Part shown: one piece after another, positions 55,001 to 64,000 of the stretch | Layout: each line of letters begins with the position of its first letter | Position numbering within the stretch: position 1 is the stretch's first letter | From: Tubulanus polymorphus | Taxonomy: Eukaryota > Animalia > Nemertea | NCBI RefSeq assembly: GCF_964204645.1 | Contig: NC_134029.1 | Location: forward strand, 21,818,950 to 21,882,949 | DNA length: 64,000 nucleotides | Direction of reading: 5' to 3' | The notes under the pieces: model-generated | Database searches by the model: none | The model's input: only the letters and a program-made list of their open reading frames with translations | Told to the model about the DNA's origin: nothing | Made by a program: the position numbers and the translations under genes

Positions 55001-58000
55001 CTCTTTCATCATACATTTACTATGAACTATTTCAGATTCCCGAGCATCAGTCAGATTTTGAAGTTTTTCTAGAATCGGTTATTCCCCAGAATGCGGCCAG
55101 CATAAATCCGAACGCCAATTCTATTCGCATAACTATGCTTCCTAGTGATTATCCCGATGGACTTTTACAATTCTCTTTGAAAACGAGGTCAGTATTTTTT
55201 GGAAAATTTTCTTTGCGAAAATGAATAATTATCAACGAAATTTCATGATTCCAATTCACATTGTAGGAGACAGTTTGTGAACATGGATGCAAAAGTTGTC
55301 TATTTAATGATAGAAAGACTAAAAGGGGCAAAAGGCAATATTACTGTCAAATATGAAACTCGACAACTGCTATCTACTAGTGTGAAAGTAGCTGGTATAA
55401 CTATACACGAAGCAGTATCTGGTAGGGATTTCAGGGCTGCTTCTGGAATTATCAATTTCAAACCTCAACAGGTAAATCATATTACCGGTTATCTATTCTA
55501 TTCAAATCATTGCTTCGTGAAGTCAAAGGGTGTTTAGGTACATTTGTCATTTTACTTTTAGACATCAGCAACGATAAGCATTGTTTTAACCCCGTTCAGC
55601 GCTGGTGTGGATACCCTCTATCCAAAAATGTTTCATATCGCTTTGTTCGAAGCAACAAGCGGAGCAAGGTATCAAAAGAGTATCATCAAAAATTCCAGAT
55701 TATGTTCTGAAACTGATGACTGATGAATATCGGTTATTTGTTGTAGTGTTCATACTGAGTATGGTGTTGCTAATGTGACACTAGTAACAACTGGAGAAGA
55801 GGAGGTTTGGACTTTGTACGGAAGATTATCAGAGATCAAGAATCTAGATGATAGTGCCATTGAGAGGTAACATACATTATACACATGTTCTATAGAAATG
55901 ATGGAAATCTGTATATTTTCAGTTGATAGATTTGTGAATTTTATTTCATGTTTTAAACCTACAGCCTCCTACCTGGCCTGACGAATAGCGTCGCGAAGAA
56001 ACTCACTGAAAAGAATCTGATGCTGATTGAGGACATTTTGGGCAAAATCGCAGCTGAAGGAGAAAAGAGAGTGTGAGAATCATTCCTTGATAACATAAAC
56101 CTACATTCAGTCGCATTTTCCTAAAACCTTTAAACATTCTATTTCAGGTTGCCGCACAGCATGCGAGCGTCGATGATGTCTATTTTCTGTTCATTGATGT
56201 CGGATCGTAATGATGCAACTAGAGGAAGATATCAATTGGTTCAGTTGTTTGAGAAATGGACATTCACTTATTTGACAGGGAAACCTTGTGAAACGGCAAA
56301 ACCGTGAGTTTTAGAATGAAAATTTCCTTATGTATAGAAATTTCTAATATGCCCCGGCAACTATTGGAATATTTTGTCTTAGACCTATGATAGATGTTTT
56401 CGTTTTTTTTTTTCGGTTACCTTATGATTTGATTTACAGAATTGAGATTGTTGACTGTGGTCGTGTGAAAGCAACATTGGCTTTGTGGTATCCAGAAAAT
56501 ATCAATGGGTTCAAATATAATGCGATGTAAGTACATCTTGGAGTGCAATGACCGCTACAATACATTTAAAGTCTTCACCAACAAAACCTTCGTTGAATTT
56601 TTTCAGGTACAAAGCAAATTTCCAGCTACCTAATAATCTGTTATCAACCACAAATTCTGGTGTCAAGAAAGTAAGCTTCCATTGCTGATTGCGTATTAAT
56701 TCTAAAAAAATGTTCACTTGCTTTAAGATTTTGTGTGATTTCATTTACTTAGTGTGAAGCAGTGCAATTCATAGATTACTATAAAACCGAACAATGGTTC
56801 ATGCAAGGAAACCAGAAAACACTACTCAGCAACAGAGTAAGTAGTTAAAACATGCTTACCACTGATGATTATATTGAAAGAATGTCCTGGCATGAAATGT
56901 TTTGGCATTGAATTTAAAACATGTTATTAGTTTTGCAATGACAAATCAATTGGCATTAGATGTTATAATTAGTATAATTGTAATGATTTAGATTGAAATT
57001 TGAATTTTAGGTGATTAGTTTCAACATCAAAGGGAAGGCATCCCATGTGATCAGTTCACCAATCACATACAGAATCTACACAACTGGACTGACCCTTGCT
57101 CCAAAAAGATCCCTGTAAGCATATGAGTATTCTATATGTGGCCTTGGCAATACCGAATATCATTTCAAAGGTGGGGCTTATTTTGAAATACCTTTTTTAG
57201 GTGCGTATATTCTGGAACCATAGCTAATCAGTGGGAAGTGAAAACCGATATATGTAAAGTTACCAACAATCTTGACCTGGCTCTCGATAATTTTGTCGAT
57301 TGCTCCTGTCAACATTTGTCTAATTACGCTGTTCAGACACTAAACCCTGGTCTCGATGTCATTGGATATCCACTTTGGTTCAAAATATCTGCATTTATTT
57401 GTATGGTAAGTGAATGTTATGATGGAGTCCCATTTCACATGTACGAAACAAGTTTAAATATGCATTTTGCATCGTAATTTACAATTAAAAAAAACAAGGA
57501 GATTAATCCATATTTCTTTCCAGGCTTGCATGATTTTAGCAGTGCTAGCTCACCATATCTGTTCAGTATATTCGATGTTTTCTGCCAATCTTCTCATGCA
57601 TATGGTATTTGCGATATTTGCTACTGAGGTATGTATTCAGACTTCCTTTTCCGAGCTTACAACCTTTCATTTGAACGTTGATTCAAACATTCCGACTGAT
57701 ATCTTCTTCTTTTAGGTGTGTTATGTCATCAATGCGTATGTCAGTCCTTTTGATATCCTCATCACGGAGAAGGGAATGGATAACTATAAATGTATCGTTA
57801 TGGGTCTGTTCAGCCATTACTTCTTTCTGGCTCAGTTTACTTGGCTTTTCGCTCAGGTAAAGGCTTCACCAAATATCCCATTTTAGGGTCCTAGTCCGGT
57901 ATTTTTTTGTATTTGTGGTACCGGTATCTGACATATGTATATATTTTTCCTTAAGGCTTTGAATTTTTGGAAAATCTTGGTACTCAACGATGAACACACT

Positions 58001-60079
58001 GACAGAAAATATATATTGTATATCTTAATTGGATGGGGTAAGTAAACTTTATAAGAAGTTGCGGCGTCAAAAAGTTACTTGAATAGTTGATTAAGTTGTT
58101 TTTTATGTCCGCTATTTTAAATATATTTTGTAGGTTTACCAATAATAATTATAGCAATCTTCTACGCAATATCATTCAGCGTTTATAGATATGTCTACTC
58201 AGTACCAGTGACTGATATACACATATATGGCAATGTTAATAACAATGGAGTCATGTAAGTATCTTCATCATAGTTCAAGTTTAAAACTGACACTATTTCT
58301 TCATTGTTCTCTTGCCTGCTTCGATATTCGAACCATCGGATTTCATGTTCACCTGATAATTCAATTTGTTTGATGTATTTTTCAGATGCTTTATTACGAG
58401 CCCCTACGCTGCTCTAGGTGGGCTGATTATCCCGTGTATAATCTGTGTAATGGTGCTGGGCGTAGTGTTCATACAAGCTTACCAGGTAGCCCCACAGTGG
58501 CAAGCTTATGACGATATATACAGAGGACGATATAATATTAATGGTGAGTCAATACACTACTGTTACCAAAAAGTTCGGATAATGTAAAGAGAAACCCAAA
58601 ATGATAACAAAAACTCAAGTCCAAAAATGTTTCCTTGAGCTGGTAGTTTACTCAACGGTTCAACTATTCATCTTCAGGAATACTGGCTCAAGGAAATATT
58701 TTTGGACTTTATTTTTCATTATCATTGTGGGTTTATTTTCTTTAGATCATCAGATATTATCATCGCACATGGACATTCTATCATTTTGAATTTCAGAGGT
58801 TCGAACATTATTACTGTTTTGGACACTGTTAGTGCTGACCTGGTTATGGGGTGGTTTACATCTTGCCTATAGCCAGTTATGGATGTTAATCCTTTTCTGC
58901 ATATTTAACATATTGTTGGTAAGTCTTTTCTTAACTGAAAATCAATATTTCACACATTTTCTAAATAGAATGTCAGTATTGTTTAATTGTTTTAATGATT
59001 TGTGGTCGCATTTCTTACTGATGTGCAATTATCATTGATCATCTCTTCAGGGTCTTTACGCTCTTGTCATTTACACATTCTTACGGAATCCATGTCTGCC
59101 ATGCGTGCGTCCGAAAAATTCGAGCTACACATTCCCCGTCGGTTTGAATCAAGATCAACACGTGACGCATTATAACGATCAATCTCCGTCCATAGCTGAT
59201 AGCCTTAAAGGATCGAAACTGTCTCTTGTACATGATGTAAGTTCATTAAATATGCTGTTATTCAAGTTTTCAGTATATATAAGGCTCAAAATGGGTCCTC
59301 AAAATGAACTCTTTTTCACAGTACAAGTAATTTGTAATTAAATTTTTAGGCATTGCGTGTAACTTAGGCTGAATGGAACCAAGGATTTAATTACATTTTG
59401 TTAACAGAAATAGTTACCGCTGTTTTCATAGAATGACAATTATTTCATCAAATATAACAGTCATACAATCCAATAGATTTTTCTTAGTATTAAGATGGAT
59501 TTTGTAAAAGAAAGCTTTTGAGTAATGTTGGATTGTGATTCATTCTAATACTAAAGTTAATTCACACATATGTATAACCCCATTAAACAGTGATAGCCTG
59601 ATTATGTGCACATTCTATGTTTTGTAACTTGGTAACTTATAGATATGTAATGTCCACTATTGTAAATTTCGTATCTACAAATTAATGATGAATTCTTAGT
59701 TCTGTTTAGATTGCAGTATTTATTTCTAGTTCTAGTCATACTACAGATCAAATTCAAGTTAATCTTTCAAACATCTTTATTTCAGTGGGACCAAGATTCG
59801 TTGACGCAGGTCGGTCACATGCAAGTGAAACGCGCGCCCGCAATCGACGACAACATATTCTCCATATACGACAACAAGGTGGCGCTAGACGACGAACGCG
59901 ACGACAAGGATTTCGACGATTTAATATTCGCATTGAAAACGGGAACGCTAACGCCCAGCGAGCTCAGCCATAATATCGATAAGGACTACGATGGACTGCA
60001 CTCACCATCAGCCACTTTAACCCGCGATCCTTATCTCGGAGAAATGCGTCGGATTTCAATTGCGGACACTCATTTATAA
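16069..60079 (+). CDS. ADGRV1: Adhesion G-protein-coupled receptor V1 (VLGR1/GPR98/USH2C ortholog), full length, about 100 coding exons
   Basis: Signal peptide MKMNLSVLSYCLIAVVCSLSEA. Dozens of Calx-beta repeats (VxRxGGxxG...DY/F...F..GE...I.DD..PE..E.F...NDDxxG). LamG/pentraxin domain, EAR/EPTP repeats, GAIN/GPS CSCQHLSNYAV and 7TM. The tail FDDLIFALKTG...RRISIADTHL* matches the vertebrate ADGRV1 PDZ-binding end (ADTHL). Confidence 0.97.
22590..23600 (+). other. LamG/pentraxin-like domain exons of ADGRV1
   Basis: VLDFNGSQG...GFSISVWIQP...GYVVAK...DGAWHNIILTV...MYLDG...YVG...FVGLMQDL across exons 22337-23497. Confidence 0.85.
27031..30945 (-). CDS. Secreted C-type lectin-domain protein (285 aa; exons 30945-30330 and 27272-27031), nested antisense in an ADGRV1 intron
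   Basis: Signal peptide and a helical/coiled segment, then the CTLD CPEMF...SCYMF...TWHHARDLC...LVAVETDREQ | WWSSG...WMW...YSHW...CMFL...FDWVNDLC...FICEK*. The phase-1 GT-AG junction gives 858 nt in total. Confidence 0.9.
27390..27510 (-). mobile_element. Degenerate tRNA-derived SINE head
   Basis: On the minus strand, an A-box-like TAGATCTCAGTGG is followed about 40 nt later by a B-box-like GGTTTGAGTCC. No intact cloverleaf. Confidence 0.5.
33641..33765 (-). promoter_or_regulatory. Putative promoter and non-coding first exon of the nested lectin gene
   Basis: Donor ACA|GTAAGT at 33640; Inr-like TCAGTT near 33710-33715; CCAAT box near 33757-33761; CpG-dense block at 33780-34060. The matching acceptor TTCCAG is at 30962. 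Confidence 0.55.
37842..38121. mobile_element. piggyBac-type MITE
   Basis: TTAA|CCCTTTCAGTGC ... GCATTGAAAGGG|TTAA, with three internal ACACC(G/A)C..TGCGGTGTA palindromes. Confidence 0.85.
40315..40464 (+). other. PAN/apple-like cysteine module exon within ADGRV1
   Basis: SCGSACLASKSCMTFELTVSTNSCHLY...QYYTK fits the PAN core C-x3-C-x5-C-x2-F...C-x-L. Confidence 0.65.
43915..45430 (+). other. EAR/EPTP repeat (beta-propeller) exons of ADGRV1
   Basis: Repeated S..Y[RK]W...F...Q.[IL].T.GA....F......YL..AN units. Confidence 0.85.
47993..48354. mobile_element. MITE with near-perfect TIRs of about 65 bp in an ADGRV1 intron
   Basis: AAGGCTGAATCCAAGAACATGTCTATC.CACTTTTGAGCCCAAACGTCT.CTTTTACTTAGTAGCC and its reverse complement ending ...GGATTCAGCCTT. 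Confidence 0.85.
54616..54775. mobile_element. Second, inverted and more decayed copy of the 3915-4102 MITE family
   Basis: Shares AGAACTCGC.TAATTTGGATTTTT...AATATTTGGTCC.ATTTAACCTGGAAT.ATGTAAACT..TATTCATAATTC. Confidence 0.8.
57201..59130 (+). other. GPS motif and 7TM exons of ADGRV1
   Basis: DCSCQHL|SNYAV (57301-57333), followed by hydrophobic helices: ...SANLLMHM..., HYFFLAQFTW..., YILIGWGLP..., TWLWGGLH..., FNILLGLY. Confidence 0.9.
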
Positions 60080-60156
60080 AACGTTCATACGATCATTCGC
60101 TGCAATGTCAGATGAATTACACTCCATTATTCGCGTTTTACAGCTTACATGTATGT

Positions 60157-60178
60157 ATATATATATATATATATATAT
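60157..60178. repeat. (TA)n microsatellite in the ADGRV1 3' UTR
   Basis: Read directly. Confidence 0.9.
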
Positions 60179-61458
60179 TCATATTTGCATTTTTTGCATT
60201 TACTTTGGAATATTTTGAAATCGTGCATTATATTTTCTAATGATTTATATATGATCTTAAACATAAGGCTAAACATAATTGTATTAACCGGCATATACAT
60301 GTTCATACTTCGATAATGAGGAATTCCAAATAGTATTTAACTTGCTTTATATGTTCATTTCATTATTTAAGATACAGTATATGATAGAGGTTTCTTTTTT
60401 TGAATGTGAAGTGTAAATATGATGTTACTGCATTTTCATGCAATTTTCATCGACCATGCAGCAAACCCTCCAGTAAATTGTGCATATTTCCTAAATAGAG
60501 CGAGGTAAAAGTTACAAAGTGAATTTTAGAATGGTTTGGTGGGAACTGGGGCATTAGGATGCATGTAACATCTCTCAAAATATGAATATTACAATGGTAA
60601 TTACCATTTCGAATGCAAATCAAGACAACGTATGGAGGATGCATATCTGTTTTTCATATGGGGCCCCTGTTGAATAACATTGTTCGTTGTTTGAATAATA
60701 ATTATGAATTTCATAATCTGTAATGGTATTTATTATAGATTGTGGTATTGTTTGATTGTTACGTGGAAGTTTTGTGAAAATACTAGCAACTGAATCTTTA
60801 GCCCATAGAGAAAGGTCACAAGTTTGTTGATAGATTAAAAAATGTTAAATAGTCTTTGAAATTTATCCGTCCTTCTAGATTCTACTGCTGAGTTGATTTA
60901 TTCTAGAAGAATTATTTTCTTCAGTCAAATACTGTGATCGCGTATCTATGATGTTTTTATTGCACTCCACTGTTAGTTAACTGCCTAATACATGTTTAAA
61001 ATGTTATAGCTATTCGTAAAATCTCATCGAAAATACGTTGATAACCAATGCTTATGTATCATTACATCGATGTTGCTGTTTTGAATGGAACTTTTTTCAA
61101 TATTAAAGTACGATATTTTAGAGTTTTTAATCAATTCTTTTGACTTTCTTAAATCGTTTCGTGGCACGGACAGTTCGATGCAGAAGCTGAACCCATTTGG
61201 AAACGACCGTCAGACAAATAATCCCTATTTGAGTCATTAGGGAAAACCCCGACACTACCATCTCGTGATATCATTCATACGGTTATCACGGATTTTCATA
61301 AAAACACTTCTTGATTCAATTAGGGAAGTGTATAATGAGGCCGGGAGACGTAATTAGGCTTTTTTAATTACTGGAGCTGGCTCCGAAATTCTGCCAAAAA
61401 CTTCATGCCACTCATAATTTGAAAAAAAAACATTTTTTCTTTAATTTTTATACCGATA

Positions 61459-61578
61459 GAAGCCCCTAGGTGACATTCGAGATAATTCTTTCACAATTTC
61501 GACTTAGATTATGTCGAAATTCGACTTAATAAGTCGAAATTGTGAACAAATTATCTCGTATGTCACCTTGGGGCTTCG
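61459..61578. mobile_element. Palindromic MITE/fold-back element
   Basis: GAAGCCCCTAGGTGACATTCGAGATAATT.TTTCACAATTTCGACTTA ... TAAGTCGAAATTGTGAACAAATTATCTCGTATGTCACCTTGGGGCTTC. Confidence 0.8.
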
Positions 61579-61765
61579 TACTGGATTAGACGGTTTATAC
61601 ATCATCGTGTAAATTTAGGAAAGTCCATATTAAGAATTTCGTTTCTTGTTAATTCATGGGGACTATTAAAGAGCTGTTTGGTATCATTTCGGGAGGTTAA
61701 AAGAATATTACATGCGGCCTTTAAAGTTTAGTGATTAGAGGGATCCGATTAGATGATTGTATTTG

Positions 61766-62690
61766 TCAACATTTCAACAGCCGGAAAAATGTTTTTCTAA
61801 ATTGTTGGTTCACTATTATATAAATTATTAAATTCACACAAGAATTGATGACCGATGTCAATAGGTACATTGTACCTATCTTATCCTGAGCAGCGAAGCG
61901 TCTTCCCATTTTACCGAGTAAACCTGGGAATTCCGAAATCGTGAATAAGATACTCATTGCAAGGACCATTTTCGTCGCTTTCGACATGCCCTGTTTTTGT
62001 GATTTTGGTTCACTTTCTGCTGTAAGAACTTTCCGTTGTGCGGCTTTAACTCGTAGGACAATGAGGAGGGCTATATTCGCCGCGAAAACTAATACATTCG
62101 GTATGATAATTCGGAAGATCGGGTCAACGTTACGGTTCATGAGTAGGAAAACACCATCCCGTGAATACGTTGCCTTGAAGTGAGGGCCGAGCGGTGTTTG
62201 TGGTTGATATTTTACCCGCATAGTGATTGGGTAGTAGGAACATAATGCCACTGAAAATATACATGCAAAGAAAATGATAAAACTTATATTGCGTCGAACC
62301 TTAAAAATGAAAATCATCGTAACTAATCTTTCGCATTGAATGATCACAGTTAAATAGTTGCGGAACATTTGAAATCCGTTGTTAAGCATAGTCATCTATA
62401 TGTATATGTGAGGAGAAACTCGAGTTGCATCGAAATATTTAATCATATCACCGTACGTCGCGTAGTGAATATAATACCGCACCGGGTCCTGGATGAATTT
62501 CGTTATCAAAAATATATTGTCAGCAACAGCGAGGCATTGCAGTAAATAGATGCAGCGGTTTTCAGTTTTCAATTTGATAAATACAATGACAACTATAACG
62601 TTTAAACCAACCCCGACTATGATTAGAGGTGGCAAAATGAATCCTTTTACAAACCATTTGTCGGCGTATGATACCCAATGTGGAATTCAT
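61766..62690 (-). pseudogene. Intronless class A (rhodopsin-like, peptide/FMRFamide-receptor-like) GPCR with a 5' frameshift and an internal TAG
   Basis: TM1 GVGLNVIV, TM2 LAVADNIFL, TM3 ERL, TM6 F.ISEFP, TM7 INSCVNLIIY, helix 8 QFRKTF. In-frame TAG at 62398-62396. The MNST start at 62690 is 1 nt out of frame with WVSYADKW. Confidence 0.8.
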
Positions 62691-63352
62691 CCTCAGTTCT
62701 TGATGAAACTATTTCGATCATCACCAAATTGATCGTATATATACCGGCGCCGCAATATACAAGTATTTTCAGTATTGTGTGATTAGAATTTTCTTTTCAA
62801 GGAATGTTATGCGAATTGTAGAATATTGACAGGATAATATTCACGACAATAACACCGGCCATACCCAAGTTAAGTTAGATATCTTAAATTCCATATAGAA
62901 GTGGTATTCAATCCATATACGCGCAATGCCATCGGAATGATCTCAAAGATTTCTAAAATATATATATTCCAATTTTCAGGTCTACCCCATTAAAGATTCC
63001 TAGATCCACTCTTACAGATTCTCTCAGCGGATCGGAGTTGCTGCGGATCGGGTTCAAATCTGGGATCATCAGTCACACTTCGTTGAACCTGGTCCGTTAT
63101 TAATCACAATTAGAACCAAATATACCTAACAATTACTTCTAGATAGAATTATATTTGATCATAAATGTTATATTTTTATTGTAAATGTCAAATGCAGTCA
63201 GGAGAAAGAGACCCGCCGGCCGGCCCGCAATATTCGATTAGTTCACAGAATTGCCGCCAGGGGACCGTACGGTGCTGCCTCCTAGTTCAAGTTTACGTTC
63301 TTTTCGCTTTTCCGGTCGTTCTCCACACTTTGATTCAATTCAAATACACGGA

Positions 63353-64000
63353 ATGGCGGATGATTTAAATCGCGTTAGAAATGCCACGATTGCTTTCACA
63401 TTGCCTATATCATGTCAGATTTGTTTGGGAAAGGTAAAAAAAATAAGTTTTCTGGAAAAAATAGAGCTTTTTTGAATAACCAACTCAGCATCCATTTTGT
63501 TTTCTTTCTTAATCTTAATTTTTTACAAACTGGCTCTTGTGTAACAAACATTCATTTTCATATCTTATACGAAATGAATACGTTATATTGTTGTAGGTAA
63601 AACAGCCGGTAGTTTGCCCAAATCAACACGTTTTCTGCGAGTCGTGTTTGAAGATCTGGTTGGAGAGGAACAATCAATGTCCGGCCTGTCGAATCGAAAT
63701 AACTAACGATTCCCCGTACAGAAAGGTCATCGGTGGCTTGAGTAACGATAACGTCGAAAGTTCTAACGACAGCTTCTCAAACGCGGCCGTACGCAGGGCT
63801 CGAATTGAGCTCATCGCTCGTGACTATGAGGTAAAATAAGAGTTTCCCTAGAGAAGCCCTAATGATTTGCATAGGGATCTATTTGAAGAAGCGTAAATGA
63901 ACGATTTTTTAAAGGAATATTTAATTTAAATGTTTTACAACAGGAAGAGATCGATAGGTTACAGTCGAAACTTGAACACGTCGAAAATGAAAATCAATAT
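63353..64000 (+). CDS. OBI1: ORC ubiquitin ligase 1 (RNF219), 5' partial; exons 63353-63433, 63597-63830, 63944->
   Basis: FTLPISCQICLGK|VKQPVVCPNQHVFCESCLKIWLERNNQCPACR...IGG...RRARIELIARDYE|EEIDRLQ matches the RNF219 N-terminal RING plus coiled coil. Confidence 0.92.

Noticed and set aside
62396-62398. Programmed stop-codon readthrough or recoding in the GPCR
   Set aside because: The context TAG-ATG is not a known readthrough motif, UAG is not a Sec codon, and a second lesion (frameshift) points to pseudogenisation.
63015-63070. tRNA-like A/B boxes (GGTTCAAATC)
   Set aside because: No cloverleaf can be formed; at most a decayed SINE fragment.

Overview
AT-rich, intron-dense eukaryotic DNA from an invertebrate animal. 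The lineage looks lophotrochozoan-like, but this is inference only. There are no prokaryotic features (no CRISPR, rRNA or operons). Gene order: a possible first exon of a divergent gene at the left edge (-); ZZZ3 with an intronless CDS (+); the multi-exon nucleotide-sugar transporter SLC35A4 (-); a complete giant adhesion GPCR ADGRV1/VLGR1 of about 100 exons (+, 16069-60079); a disrupted class-A peptide-type GPCR (-); and the 5' part of OBI1/RNF219 (+). A secreted C-type lectin gene is nested antisense in the single 10-kb intron of ADGRV1. The most notable observations are: (i) an apparent compensated +2/-2 frameshift that removes the conserved GPS tryptophan of ADGRV1; (ii) a 103-bp insert with a 14-bp target-site duplication carrying a minimal Penelope-type hammerhead ribozyme; (iii) the nested lectin with its own CpG-rich domain; (iv) LamG, PAN-like and EAR modules each inserted into the same loop of a split Calx-beta domain; (v) RFX X-boxes upstream of ADGRV1; (vi) several in-phase alternative first exons for SLC35A4. 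Many MITEs are also present. Exon boundaries were read by eye, and gene names come from remembered family sequences, not from database searches.
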